Part shown: in pieces, positions 15,574 to 29,764 of the stretch
How positions within the stretch are numbered: position 1 is the first letter of the stretch
Layout: each line of letters starts with the position of its first letter
Source: Eledone cirrhosa
Lineage: Eukaryota
DNA: 64,000 bases
Direction: 5' to 3'
Assembly: GCA_964016885.1 (NCBI GenBank)
Contig: CAXHJY010000228.1
Span: 30,001 to 94,000 of the forward strand
Notes under the pieces: model-generated
Told to the model about the DNA's origin: nothing
What the model saw: the letters and a program-made list of their open reading frames with translations, nothing else
The model's database searches: none
Program-made: the position numbers and the translations under genes

Positions 15574-15749
15574 CTAGGGATTTCGAAGTGACAAGCGAAC
15601 GGACAAAACACGATGTTCATGAAGAGAATGCCCAGGGGACTTTAACATCTAAACTACTTTGTATTTCCTTATTCTAAAAATACTCCGTCATTCCTATGTG
15701 GAAAAATAAACATTGAGTTCTCGAATTGAATTACATCAATGTTTTACTG

Positions 15750-15759
<10 letters not shown>

Positions 15760-15836
<77 letters not shown>

Positions 15837-15947
15837 GTGTGTGTGTGTGTGTGCGCGTGTGTGTATGTATGTGTGTGTGTGTGTGTGCGCGTTTGTGTGT
15901 GTGTGCGTTTGTGTGTGCGTGCGTGCGTGTGTGTGTGTGTGTGTGTG
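15760..15947. repeat. (GT)n microsatellite
   Basis: Directly visible. Confidence 0.95.
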
Positions 15948-16280
15948 GTAAACCTGAACATGTACCAAGGCATTTTTAATCTGACGTCCTTCCGATGTCC
16001 AATTGTCTGCCTATAGTATGCATGCAATACGTCCATCTGTATAAAAGGTGGAATGACAATCCAACAGTATTTCACATTACTCATGTTTATTAGATAAAAG
16101 AGGAAAACTTAAGGTCCAAAGAATATATTTGTCTGTGCAAAGCTCTATATTTATATATTGAGCTATGTATTGTTTCTATATTTTTGTTGCCACACATTCA
16201 TACATACATACGTACATATACACATACATACATGCATACATTACATATATACATACATGCATGCTTACATACATACTTAC

Positions 16281-16887
16281 ATGGTGGCTGCCAACTCGTT
16301 TTCGAGTACGGCCACTACTTTATATCCATGTAGGAGAACCCCTACCGATGCGCTGAACGAGTGTGACATTTTAGTCCAGCCAGCGACTTGAAAACTCTGG
16401 TACAAACATGACACCTGTGACAATTATTGACACATAGTGCTGGGCCCATGGTACCATGTGACGACAAGTGCAGAGATATCTCCAGATATAAAGCAATGCC
16501 TGTGCCGTGAAGCTTTTATAGTGAGCAAAGGCACTGCACAAAGCCAGTCCCACTCTCTTAACCAAGATGATATTTAGCAAAAAGAAGAACAAGTCAACAT
16601 CATTGGATACCATCAGGGTTGCAGGTGTTATATCAGAGTTTTCCTTCTAGAATTCTGCCTTGACAAAGGCTAAGAGGTCATCTCTCCTGGTGATTTTGGA
16701 TGGCCATTGACACTTAAGAGCTCCTTTGCCCTTTGACTGTTTTTATTTTTAGTCCTGCAGGATGTCCAAAGTCACCCTCCTCACCAAGAAACCTTGGTGG
16801 GGTTGCCAGTTTAGTCGCCAACGACCCGACCATGAGACAGGTTATACTGGGATACATGTTACCAGTAGCACCAACTGGTGACCTGAC
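16281..16887 (-). mobile_element. ~610-bp non-autonomous element, copy 1, in (TACA)n
   Basis: Near-identical, same-ended copy at 30333-30942; RTE-5'UTR-like AGGAAAACTCTGA; orientation tentative. Confidence 0.7.
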
Positions 16888-17197
16888 ATAAACATACTTA
16901 CATACATACTTATATACTTACATACATACATACTTACATACATACTTACATATATGTATGCATGCATACATACATACATACGTACATGCGTACATACATA
17001 CATATACACACGCACACACATACACACATATTACATATATACATATATACACATGCATACATACATACATACATACATACATACATACATACATACATAC
17101 ATACATACATACATACACATATATACACATGCATACATACATACATACATACATACACATATATACACATGCATACATACATACATACATACATACA

Positions 17198-17233
<36 letters not shown>

Positions 17234-17725
17234 TATATGGGGGGGGTATGTATGTATCTGAATGTGTGTGTTTCATGTGTAAGGTAAGCAAGATTCCATA
17301 TCCGCACCTAAAGTTTCGTTCAATCGACCATACTGTCGAGTATCTAATAACGACTGAATAGTTTCGATAACACTCGGTGATCTTTCAATTGATCACGTGT
17401 CTATGACGTCAATTACTGCTCGTCATGCATCAGAAGGGTCTCTCTTAATGTTCACGAAGAAGAATTGTTTTTTTTTCCCAAAACATTTTTCAAAATATTA
17501 GAATAAAATCAAAAGCTAAAAGAACCAATATTCAATTGTCAAAATATTGAGTTCTCTCTGATGCCACGAATAACACATCAACATGCTACCCATCCCCCTC
17601 ACAGCATTCATTCAAAAGTCGTCTGCACCAGCACACCAGCTCATTGCATGCCCTGCACTTACAAGAATGCTACTAAACTTTGTGAACAAAAAGATATATA
17701 TATGTATATATATATATATATATTC

Positions 17726-17812
<87 letters not shown>

Positions 17813-17813
17813 G

Positions 17814-18200
17814 GGACGATTTGTTAAGCCTTCATTATGTTTATTGACTGCTGACGCGCGTTTCGCTTTTAATCAGCTCAAAGTTCGATCTGTATAGATC
17901 TGGACCGACTCTGGAATCAACAGCTCGTCGAACCTCTGTTGTAGTAATGACTGTCATTGCTACAACGGAGGTCCGACGACCTTTTGATCCAGAGTCGGGC
18001 CAGTTCGATACAGATCGAACTTTGAGCTGATCAAAAGCGAAACGCGCGTCACCAATCAATAAACGTAATGAAGGCTTAACAAATCGTCCTTGTATTATTA
18101 TATTTACAATCTGTCTAGCTCTACACCTCGCTACTCACGAGAACCTAAACATGGAGTGCTCACCTGGGTGAACCTACAGTAACTTCACGTTACACTCCCT
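17814..18200 (+). mobile_element. Older fold-back PLE-like fragment with long-stem-II hammerhead-like motif
   Basis: Diverged arms 17814-17951 / 17953-18089; ggt-CCGACGA-c-cttttgatc..gatcaaaag-c-GAAA-cgcgcg-TC-acc at 17970-18053. Confidence 0.65.
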
Positions 18201-18259
18201 ATACATATTATGCATATATATAATCCTTATCGAACCCTTTGGATTTTAGTCTTCATATT

Positions 18260-18291
<32 letters not shown>

Positions 18292-18296
<5 letters not shown>

Positions 18297-18410
18297 AACC
18301 AGTAAGACCCCTGGGGTCTTACTGGTTCCTATTACCCACTCTACTACCCCAAGTATTGAGTACTTTGGTGCGTTATGGTCCACCTGGTTCCTTACCACAT
18401 TTCCTTCGTT
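18292..18410 (+). mobile_element. Fold-back PLE-like 3' end (family also at 13922-13981 and 18890-19050)
   Basis: 20-bp perfect arms 18292-18311 / 18313-18332; (TA)n flanks. Confidence 0.7.
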
Positions 18411-18692
18411 ATATATATATATATTTCATTTATTTTGTTTCACCTGTTTTGCTTGCCTCGTCTTTTTGGCTTAGGTGGTTGATGGCTTCTTGAGCGCCAT
18501 CTCAGTTTGTTTGACCTTTATAACCTATGTTTATTGCTCTGGTCTCTATTTGGTCCATGGAGCGCTTGTCAGTATAACTCGGATATTGCGTTTCGCTTGT
18601 TTTCGACCACAGCCGAAATACGAACCTCGCTGAAATTATATTTATATATATATGGATGTATGTAAAAGGTAAACAGCAATAACAACACAATC

Positions 18693-18792
<100 letters not shown>

Positions 18793-18858
18793 TGTGTGTG
18801 TGTGTGTCATATATGTTATATATGTCATAAAAGTCATATATATATATATATGTATACA

Positions 18859-18889
<31 letters not shown>

Positions 18890-18890
<1 letters not shown>

Positions 18891-19050
18891 GGAACAAGTA
18901 AGACCCCGACGGCTGAGCTCAAGCCGTCGAAACGGCTTGAGCTCAGCCGTCGGGATCTTACTTGTTCCTATTACCCACTCTACTACCCTAAGTATTGAGT
19001 ACTTGTGTGCGTTATGGTCCACCTGGTTCCTTACCACATTTCCTTCGTTA
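18890..19050 (+). mobile_element. Fold-back PLE-like 3' end
   Basis: ~38-bp arms folded at GCCGT-CGAA-ACGGC; same tail as 18332-18410. Confidence 0.7.
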
Positions 19051-19241
19051 CATATATATATATATATATATATATATGACTTTTATGACTTCTATTTTAT
19101 CTACATTTCTACATTTCGACATTTCTACATTAAATTTTTATATGCCGTGTTTTGTATAAATACTTATTATTTAATTAAAAACATTGTAAAACAAATTCAT
19201 GTCATAAAAATTAGTTTGGCCTTTTGAGTTATGTTCTTCAG

Positions 19242-19576
19242 CAGAGATTCTCAAAGTGGGAGTTACTGTCCCCCGAGGGGGAGGGGGTATTGAGAAGATC
19301 CAGTGTTGCCGAAGGGGGGTGAGGTAGAGATGATATAATAGTATGTTAAATATCAAATGGAACATATATATAAATATAGTAAAATAAAAAGTATATAATA
19401 TTTATTTATACATAGCATATATTATATTGTTTATTATATATAAATTAACGATCTTATTTATTATATATTGTTTACAATTTGCATGTAGGCAGGTCTCTCT
19501 GGAAATAGGGATGGGTTGCTAAGAGTACCACGTGGCCGTGAGGGGGTCGCTGGCCCCAAAAGTTTGAGAATCTCTG
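19242..19576. mobile_element. hAT (Charlie-like) MITE
   Basis: TIR CAGAGATTCTCAAA / TTTGAGAATCTCTG; flanks TTCTTCAG / TTCCACAG (6 of 8 match). Confidence 0.8.
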
Positions 19577-19644
19577 TTCCACAGCCTGCTTGACATATAT
19601 AGTGGACGCTATAAATGTCTCCTATAGGCAGGATTGAAAGAGTC

Positions 19645-19985
19645 GTTCTTCTTCTTATCGTGCCCACAAGAGTGTCGGTTACAAAGCTTGGCTAGATGTG
19701 GTTCTTTCTCATTAAACTCTGCCAAGTCCAATGCTGTGCAGGGGTGTTCCAGCAGGGGTCATATCAGGAGGTGCTGCGTAGTCTGTGGTTCCATGCCAGT
19801 CACACACAACGTCCCCATCCTTAGAGATATCCTCATTTTTCCAGATTGGCATTTGCACAACCAACACCAGATCTTAATCTGTTGAGGCATTTCCACACTG
19901 CATAGTTTGTATTTGCTCCAGGGGGAAGTGCCTCGCTCGCCTTTAGCGCCATTGTTGTTACAGATGGGAAGAGTCATTAAGATGT
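19645..19985 (-). pseudogene. LINE (RTE-X-like) C-terminal zinc-finger fragment
   Basis: LCVTGMEPQTTQHLLI resembles C.CG..QT..H; tail CACGATAAGAAGAAGAA. Confidence 0.5.
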
Positions 19986-20439
19986 CGACTACAATGCATG
20001 TGGTATTCGTTCCAAGTCCCCCAGCTACTGCAGTTGATATTCATTTTCAGCTAATTTGACCTGAGCAACGTGAAAGGGAGTGGTTTGCTCAAGAACACAA
20101 CGTGCCTAATAGTCCAGAAATCGAACCAACGGCATTATGATTGTAAGCCAAACGCACTAATCACTAGATCACCTACCTTCACATTATATGGGTAATACTG
20201 AATAAATCCTATGAGTTTAGAAATTGGTCAAAGTGGTGTGTCTTCTGTCCTATTTTATATCCAAGTCCAAGTTTCTCTTCATGAACTTTAAAACAAATCA
20301 TCATTGTCTTAGATAAAGAACGGCAGGGGGCATCATAGAAAGTGTATTGATTGGCCATTCAAACATTATTAGTCGTTAGGAGATAAGTATGACCAACTAA
20401 ATATTTAATGTTGCTTAACTTATATACGACAAATATATA

Positions 20440-21380
20440 TGTTCGTATTAAGTTGTTTGTTTAGACCAGTATAGCTTACCTTATGTGTAAACGAGATTCT
20501 TAACTCTAGCTTGTTTTGTAATTTATCCAGAAGTGTAACTCTGAATTCAAGTATCAAAAAACTACTACGGTTAGTTGAAGTCTAACCTTTTGATTTGATC
20601 AGCGGCTGAGGTAGCATCTAAGGAGTGGATACACTTGATATGTATGTATGCGTTGTTGTTAACTTAGTGGAATGTAAATGGATAGTTCGGGATAAAATTT
20701 ACTTAGTACGAGTAATATGTAGTTGCATGCAAAGCAGGTAGAAATTGCGTATTAAGATTTCCATACTGTCAACAGAACCGACATATAAGAAAAATTGTAG
20801 GAAGGGTTTATAAAGTTATTAGACATCGTATTGGCAAGGAGTGAAAAGGATCAGCTTCAGTGAAAGATATGACAGTGTGAGAATTGCGCTATGGTCCTGT
20901 TGAGCTGGTTGTTGCCAGTTGTAGATTTGTAGAAGTGAGAGTATTTTTGCCCACATGTTCTCGGTTGTATTTGTTATCTGAACTATTATAGAACAGCTAT
21001 GAGTTTTGTTTGTGTGGTGTTAAGGTACGTGCCTCAGAGGCTGGTTTCAGCCTCCCACCTTGCTATTTCTGTTGGGTTAGTGGGGAATCACATGTTCTTG
21101 GAGAGATAATTAACATAAACCTAGGGTAGCTTCCTTAAAGGGTCCTACAGTTTAGGGTCGAGGGTTGTGTAGCACGTAGATGTATGTTGGGTAATCGCTA
21201 AAAGGCAGTGACCAGAGGACCCAATAGGTGTAGAGATGATGATGATTTGGTTTGAGAAAGTAGAGAAGAATGCTTTCAGTGTATGTGCATAAGTAATGGA
21301 GATAATTGATGTGAGAGTTGCAAAGGATTCAGTTTCTGCTCGTATGATATCAGTATAAGATGTGAGAGCCTAGAAGTGTT
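20440..21380 (-). pseudogene. Possible heavily decayed LINE endonuclease/linker region
   Basis: PIGSSGHCLL (approx. LGSSDH) near 21200-21230; otherwise weak. Confidence 0.3.
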
Positions 21381-21446
21381 AAAATGGTGAAGTTATCGAG
21401 ATCGATGACTCCGAAAAAAGGCGAAATGAGATACATGTCGTTGATG

Positions 21447-21720
21447 TTAAGGTTAGAGTTAGGGTTAGGGTTAGAGTTAGAGTTAAGGATAAGGCCAGCA
21501 TTATGATTAATGGTAAGGTTAGGGTTAGGGTTAGGGTTAGGGTTAGGGTTAGGGTTAGGGTTAGGATTATGGTTAGTGTTAGGACCGGGGTTAGGATTAT
21601 GGTTAGGATTAAGGTTAGGGTTATGGTTAGGGTAAATGTTTGAAGTAAGTTGAAGGTTAGGGTTAAAGATAAGGTCATGTTTAAACTAAGGGTTAGCGTT
21701 ATGGTTAGAGTTACGGTGAG
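21447..21720 (+). repeat. Degenerate interstitial (TTAGGG)n tract
   Basis: Perfect GGTTAG run ~21517-21565 with 6-bp-periodic variants either side. Confidence 0.85.
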
Positions 21721-22525
21721 GTATAGGATGTGGTTATTGGAAGATGTTGTTCTGTGAAGAAGTTTGTAATAAAATAACGGAGGAGCTCTTAGCGGTTGTG
21801 CATAAAACATTGGTTAGATGTAGAATAGGTTATTGTGATACGATGTGTGAATTTATAGATAAACTGAAGATAAAGATGACAAACAAAAGGTGATACCAGT
21901 GAAAACCACAAACATAGTAATATCTTTAAATAATCAAAATATATGGTTGTGCGAGAGTATGTATATGGTGGGGGGGGGGGGGTATGTGTGACTGAGCAGG
22001 AAGAGATAGATATAAGAAAAGAAATAAATAGCTGAAAATGAGAATGGAGACAAGAGAAAGATTATATTGGTGAACGAGTCGATGAATGAAATCATGAATT
22101 GGAATGAGTATTGACGGAAACCTAAGCTTGCTTGCGTGTTAATAGCTCTAACATCCACTTCGTGTGGTAATATATGCAACGAAGTGTCGCATTCGACAGA
22201 CTTCTCGTGTAACGCAAGCCACTACACTGCCGCCATATATCCGTTTATTGTCGATGGTCCGAATACACAAGAGTGTTACAATTCTGCTCTCTGATATCCT
22301 TATTTTTCTATTGGTCCGATTAATGTGCTACCAAATAGGTAAATCTATCTACTTGCATCTACTAGTTAACTTATCAGCTTTCACCTAAAAGAGATGTCTT
22401 CAAAATGATAGGCTAGAAAAAGTGATATATAGTCAATAATGCTCTCTTGTTTTCCTGTAGGTGCTTGTCATTTAATCTATTGTTTTATTGTTAATTTTCA
22501 AAGTTATTATTTTTTATTAGTTTTA

Positions 22526-25500
22526 GTTTTATTGCGTGGTTTCATTGCACTGTCGAGAGCAACTATGTGTGCCTTTTATTGCGTGGTTTCATTGCACTGT
22601 CGAGAGCAACTATGTGTGCCTTTTATTGCGTGGTTTCATTGCACTGTCGAGAGAAACTATGTGTGCCTTTTATTGTGTGGTTTCATTGCACTGTCGAGAG
22701 CAACTATGTGTGCCTTTTATTGTGTGGTTTCATTGCACTGTCGAGAGCAACTATGTGTGCCTTTTATTGCGTGGTTTCATTGCACTGTCGAGAGAAACTA
22801 TGTGTGCCTTTTATTGTGTGGTTTCATTGCACTGTCGAGAGCAACTATGTGTGCCTTTTATTGTGTGGTTTCATTGCACTGTCGAGAGCAACTATGTGTG
22901 CCTTTTATTGCGTGGTTACATTGCACTGTCGAGAGCAACTATGTGTGCCTTTTATTGCGTGGTTACATTGCACTGTCGGGAGCAACTATGTCTGCCTTTT
23001 ATTGTGTGGTTTCATTGCACTGTCAAGAGCAACTATGCCTGCCTTTTATTGCGTGGTTTAATTGCACTGTCAAGAGCAACTATGTGTGCCTTTTATTGCG
23101 TGGTTTCATTGCGCTGTCGGGAGCAACTATGTCTGCCTTTTATTGTGTGGTTTCATTGCACTGTCGAGAGCAACTATGTCTGCCTTTTATTGTATGGTTT
23201 CATTGCACTGTCGGGAGCAACTATGTCTGCCTTTTATTGCGTGGTTTCATTGCACTGTCGAGAGCAACTATGTCTGCCTTTTATTGTGTGGTTTCATTGC
23301 ACTGTCGGGAGCAACTATGTGTGCCTTTTATTGTGTGGTTACATAGCACTGTCGAGAGCAGCTATGTGTGCCTTTTATTGCGTGGTTTCATTGCACTGTC
23401 GAGAGCAACTATGTGTGCCTTTTATTGCGTGGTTTCATTGCACTGTCGAGAGCAACTATGTCTGCCTTTTATTGTGTGGTTTCATTGCACTGTCGGGAGC
23501 AACTATGTGTGCCTTTTATTGTGTGGTTACATTGCACTGTCGAGAGCAGCTATGTGTGCCTTTTATTGCGTGGTTTCATTGCACTGTCGAGAGCAACTAT
23601 GTGTGCCTTTTATTGTGTGGTTTCATTGCACTGTCGAGACCAACTATGTGTGCCTTTTATTGCGTTGTTTCATTCCACTGTCGAGAGCAACTATGTGTGC
23701 CTTTTAATGCGTGGTTTCATTGCACTGTCGAGAGCAACTATGTGTGACTTTTATTGTGTGGTTACATTGCACTGTCGAGAGCAACTATGTGTGCCTTTTA
23801 TTGTGTGGTTACATTGCACTGTTGAGAGCAACTATGTGTGCCTTTTAATGCGTGGTTACATTGCACTGTCGAGAGCAACTATGTGTGCCTTTTATTGTGT
23901 GGTTACATTGCACTGTCGGGAGCAACTATGTCTGCCTTTTATTGCGTGGTTTCATTGCACTGTCGAGAGCAACTATGTCTGCCTTTTATTGTGTGGTTAC
24001 ATAGCACTGTCGAGAGCAGCTATGTGTGCCTTTTATTGCGTGGTTTCATTGCACTGTCGAGAGCAACTATGTGTGCCTTTTATTGTGTGGTTTCATTGCA
24101 CTGTCGAGAGCAACTATGTGTGCCTTTTATTGTGTGGTTACATTGCACTGTCGAGAGCAACTATGTGTGGTTACATTGCACTGTCGAGAGCAACTATGTG
24201 TGCCTTTTATTGTGTGGTTTCATTGCACTGTCGAGAGCAACTATGTGTGCCTTTTATTGTGTGGTTTCATTGCACTGTCGAGAGCAACTATGTGTGCCTT
24301 TTATTGCGTTGTTTCATTCCACTGTCGAGAGCAACTATGTGTGCCTTTTAATGCGTGGTTTCATTGCACTGTCGAGAGCAACTATGTGTGACTTTTATTG
24401 TGTGGTTACATTGCACTGTCGAGAGCAACTATGTGTGCCTTTTATTGTGTGGTTACATTGCACTGTTGAGAGCAACTATGTGTGCCTTTTAATGCGTGGT
24501 TACATTGCACTGTCGAGAGCAACTATGTGTGCCTTTTATTGTGTGGTTACATTGCACTGTCGGGAGCAACTATGTCTGCCTTTTATTGCGTGGTTTCATT
24601 GCACTGTCGAGAGCAACTATGTCTGCCTTTTATTGTGTGGTTACATAGCACTGTCGAGAGCAGCTATGTGTGCCTTTTATTGCGTGGTTTCATTGCACTG
24701 TCGAGAGCAACTATGTGTGCCTTTTATTGTGTGGTTTCATTGCACTGTCGAGAGCAACTATGTGTGCCTTTTATTGTGTGGTTACATTGCACTGTCGAGA
24801 GCAACTATGTGTGGTTACATTGCACTGTCGAGAGCAACTATGTGTGCCTTTTATTGTGTGGTTTCATTGCACTGTCGAGAGCAACTATGTGTGCCTTTTA
24901 TTGTGTGGTTACATTGCACTGTCAAGAGCAACTATGTGTGCCTTTTATTGCGTGGTTCCATTGCACTGTCGAGAGCAACTATGTCTGCCTTTTAATGCGT
25001 GGTTTCATTGCACTGTCGGGAGCAACTATGTGTGCCTTTTAATGCGTGGTTACATTGCACTGTCGAGAGCAACTATGTGTGCCTTTTATTGCGTGGTTTC
25101 ATTGCACTGTCGAGAGCAACTATGTGTGCCTTTTATTGCGTGGTTACATTGCACTGTCGAGAGCAACTATGTGTGCCTTTTATTGCGTGGTTACATTGCA
25201 CTGTCGAGAGCAACTATGTGTGCCTTTTATTGCGTGGTTTCATTGCACTGTCGAGAGCAACTATGTGTGCCTTTTAATGCGTGGTTACATTGCACTGTCG
25301 AGAGGAACTATGTGTGCCTTTTATTGTGTGGTTACATTGCACTGTCGGGAGCAACTATGTGTGCCTTTTATTGTGTGGTTACATTGCATTGTCGAGAGCA
25401 ACTATGTGTGCCTTTTATTGTGTGGTTACATTGCACTGTCGAGAGCAACTATGTGTGCCTTTTATTGTGTGGTTACATTGCACTGTCGAGAGCAACTATG

Positions 25501-27712
25501 TGTGCCTTTTATTGTGTGGTTTCATTGCACTGTCGAGAGCAACTATGTGTGCCTTTTATTGTGTGGTTTCATTGCACTGTCGAGAGCAACTATGTGTGCC
25601 TTTTATTGTGTGGTTACATTGCACTGTCGAGAGCAACTATGTGTGCCTTTTATTGCGTGGTTACATTGCACTGTCGAGAGCAACTATGTCTGCCTTTTAA
25701 TGCGTGGTTACATTGCACTGTCGAGAGCAACTATGTGTGCCTTTTATTGCGTGGTTTCATTGCACTGTCGAGAGCAACTATGTGTGCCTTTTATTGCGTG
25801 GTTACATTGCACTGTCGAGAGCAACTATGTGTGCCTTTTATTGCGTGGTTACATTGCACTGTCGGGAGCAACTATGTGTGCCTTTTATTGCGTGGTTTCA
25901 TTGCACTGTCGAGAGCAACTATGTGTGCCTTTTAATGCGTGGTTACATTGCACCGTCGAGAGCAACTATGTGTGCCTTTTATTGTGTGGTTTCATTGCAC
26001 TGTCGGGAGCAACTATATATGCCTTTTATTGTGTGGTTACATTGCACTGTCGAGAGCAACTATGTGTGCCTTTTAATGCGTGGTTTCATTGCACTGTCGG
26101 GAGCAACTATGTGTGCCTTTTAATGCGTGGTTACATTTCACTGTCGAGAGGAACTATGTGTGCCTTTTATTGTGTGGTTACATTTCATTGTCGAGAGCAA
26201 CTATGTGTGCCTTTTATTGTGTGGTTTCATTGCACTGTCGGGAGCAACTATATATGCCTTTTATTGTGTGGTTACATTGCACTGTCGAGAGGAACTATGT
26301 GTGCCTTTTATTGTGTGGTTACATTTCATTGTCGAGAGCAACTATGTGTGCCTTTTATTGCGTCGTTTCATTGCACTGTCGAGAGCAACTATGTGTGCCT
26401 TTTATTGTGTGGTTACATTGCACTGTCGAGAGCAACTATGTCTGCCTTTTATTGTGTGGTTACATTGCACTGTCGAGAGCAACTATATATGCCTTTTATT
26501 GTGTGGTTTCATTGCACTGTCGAGAGCAACTATGTGTGCCTTTTATTGTGTGGTTACATTGCACTGTCGAGAGCAACTATGTCTGCCTTTTATTGCGTGG
26601 TTTCATTGCACTTTCGAGAGCAACTATGTGTGCCTTTTATTGCGTGATTTCATTGCACTGTCGAGAGCAACTATATATGCCTTTTATTGCGTGGTTTCAT
26701 TGCACTTTCGAGAGCAACTATGTGTGCCTTTTATTGCGTGGTTACATTGCACTGTCGAGAGCAACTATATATGCCTTTTATTGTGTGGTTACATTGCACT
26801 GTCGAGAGGAACTATGTGTGCTTTTTATTGTGTGGTTACATTGCACTGTCGAGAGCAACTATATATGCCTTTTTTTGTGTGGTTACATTGCACTGTCGAG
26901 AGGAACTATGTGTGCCTTTTATTGTGTGGTTACATTGCATTGTCGAGAGCAACTATGTGTGCCTTTTATTGCGTGGTTTCATTGCACTGTCGAGAGCAAC
27001 TATGTGTGCCTTTTATTGTGTGGTTTCATTGCACTGTCGTGAGCAACTATGTGTGCCTTTTATTGCGTCGTTTCATTGCACTGTCGAGAGCAACTATGTG
27101 TGCCTTTTATTGCGTCGTTTCATTGCACTGTCGAGAGCAACTATGTGTGCCTTTTATTGCGTGGTTTCATTGCACTGTCGAGAGCAACTATGTGTGCCTT
27201 TTATTGCGTGGTTTCATTGCACTGTCGTGAGCAACTATGTGTGCCTTTTATTGCGTCGTTTCATTGCACTGTCGAGAGCAACTATGTGTGCCTTTTATTG
27301 CGTGGTTTCATTGCACTGTCGAGAGCAACTATGTGTGCCTTTTATTGCGTCGTTTCATTGCACTGTCGAGAGCAACTATGTGTGCCTTTTATTGCGTCGT
27401 TTCATTGCACTGTCGAGAGCAACTATGTGTGCCTTTTATTGCGTGGTTTCATTGCACTGTCGAGAGCAACTATGTGTGCCTTTTATTGCGTCGTTTCATT
27501 GCACTGTCGAGAGCAACTATGTGTGCCTTTTATTGCGTCGTTTCATTGCACTGTCGAGAGCAACTATGTGTACTTTTATTGCGTGGTTACATTGCACTGT
27601 TGGGAGCAACTATGTGTACTTTTATTGTGTGGTTACATTGCACTGTCGAGAGCAACTATGTGTACTTTTATTGCGTGGTTACATTGCACGTTGATTCGTT
27701 GCGTGGTTTCAT
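22526..27712. repeat. 47-bp tandem satellite, ~110 copies
   Basis: Unit GCACTGTCGAGAGCAACTATGTGTGCCTTTTATTGYGTGGTTWCATT, head-to-tail, no spacers. Confidence 0.97.
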
Positions 27713-29340
27713 AGAGATGGCTTCCTTGAGAAGACAGTCATCTCAGTTTTTGCAGCACTGATTTTCATTCCAGCCATGCAGCACTCGGCATCAAACCTAT
27801 CAAGTGCAAGTCGGAGATCACCATCTGTCCAGTTAAGTAGCACCATGTCGTCTGCAAATTCCATCCGATTGATTTTACACACCCGCCAGTCATGATACCA
27901 CTTCCAACCCGACTGCACGTGTCAATCCTGTTTAAGTAAATAATGTTTCTACTTTTGGCACTAGGCCTGCAATTACCCCAGTGTATTACTGGTACTTTAT
28001 TAGCACATACGAGTCAGCCAGAGAATACCTTCTCTATTTAAGACTTTTAATATCTCGGGCCGGATTTCATCTTCTCCAGCAGCTTTGCCACATTTGAGCT
28101 CTTTAACTGCTCTTGTGACCTCAGCCTCTGAGAGATTAGTCATGTTCCCAGATGCTCCTTGTGTACATCCAAAGATGCTGTTGTGATCAGGTTTAGGAGA
28201 TCAGCAAAGTATTCTCTCCACCTCGCGAGGATGTACCTCTCTAAAGAGAGGAGAACCCCAGACGTATTCTTGATAGCTTTGTAAGCCTTCTTCTTTTCTT
28301 GGGTGGCATCTTTGACTTATTGATTGAACCAAAGAATCTTCCTGCCATCCGACATCACACCAAGCTTCTTTCACCCGCAGCATTTAACAGCTGAAGCAGA
28401 AACTGTTGGGCTGAACAATCTCCACTCTGTCCCAACGTCCTCAGTTTGTTCAGGGAGTTCGCTGAATTTGGATGCAATAGTATCTACATACCTGGTCCTG
28501 ACTTCCTTATCCACCAATGCTTCCCACTTTATCATGTTGGTCACCATGGACCTGTCAGTTTTGTGGGCTTCTTTGACTTTAGGTAGTCTCAAGTTGCAGA
28601 TAACTAGATGGTGATCAGTTGACAGCTCAGCCCCTTTCTTAACACAAACATGAATCAAATAGATTAGAGATAATAACAAAATCAATTATTGATCTCTGTC
28701 CCTGATTCCCCTTTACTATGTATATTTATGGATGTCTCTGTGCTGGAAGAAAGTGTTCACAATAGAGAGTCCATTGCTTGAATAGAAGTCTAGTAAGACC
28801 TCTCCATTCGCATATATAGATTGGGGGCGCCATTCCATCCACTCCCTCCTTTCCATGTCAGATGGTCACTGCCATCATGTACATTGAAATCTCCCATCAA
28901 GATGTATGACTCAGTCTTAACTACATCTAATATTCGGACTCCTTGTTTGGTGCATAAACTTTGGTGCACCACCCACAGTCTAAGATTCAAGGGGTAAATC
29001 CTCCCTTCTAATGGGATCCAGTCCATAACACATTCTGACAACCGTGGAGGGGACTTGTGAGTATTCCCACTTCCGCCTGCGCAGTCATTTCTGGTGCCAT
29101 ACCTAAATAGTGGAATTTCCATCCTCCATCCAAATTTACAGTATCGGAGCCACGAAACTTTGTTGAGGAAACCCCGACTATATCTAGCTGGTAGCATCTA
29201 GCCTCCTCCACTAGTTCCTGCTCCTTGCCTGTAAGGGTTGTGATGTTTGCTCCCTTTGGGGTCTCGAGATACACAAAGTGTGTGCGCCCATCCCATGCCT
29301 CCCAGGACAGGTCGCAGCCTAACATGAAATGGAGACTCCA
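27713..29340 (-). pseudogene. Decayed, internally deleted RTE-clade LINE (EN + RT)
   Basis: NITTLTGKEQELVEEA..LDIVGVSSTK, LMGDFNVH, STDHHLVIC, FADDMVLL..GMKISAAKTE in several frames. Confidence 0.85.
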
Positions 29341-29564
29341 ATATATTTTACGAACAGGCTCCTCTACCTAAGGACTGTACGTGTCCCTTGTTAACCTGCG
29401 CCAAGAACGATGCGGTATGGTTCATTTTTGTTACCGGATCATATTGCAGTTTCAGTTATGTATATAAATTGTTTTTCCTCTCTTTTCTCTCCCCACTCCC
29501 TTTTTTTAAATGTCTTTCCACCACTCCCCCACACTCCCTCGGAACTCTCTTCCTATCCACTTTT

Positions 29565-29696
29565 CTCCGGATGAAGGGCTTATGCACGAAACGTCGTCCC
29601 CCACCCCCCACTCTCAAGCGTGAAACTAATAATATCATTGGTACTGCCTCTTCATTTTTCTGTTTTTTTTGTTCTCTGTTTACTTTTTAAAAAAAC

Positions 29697-29700
<4 letters not shown>
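29565..29700 (+). mobile_element. PLE-like pLTR end with degenerate hammerhead
   Basis: CGGATGA-a-gggc(ttat)gcac-GAAA-cg-TC; tail shared with 2990-3080. Confidence 0.55.

Positions 29701-29764
<64 letters not shown>

Noticed and set aside
22439-27761. Long Cys-rich ORFs or CRISPR-like array
   Set aside because: Head-to-tail 47-bp repeats without unique spacers; 47 is not a multiple of 3; no cas genes; eukaryotic context
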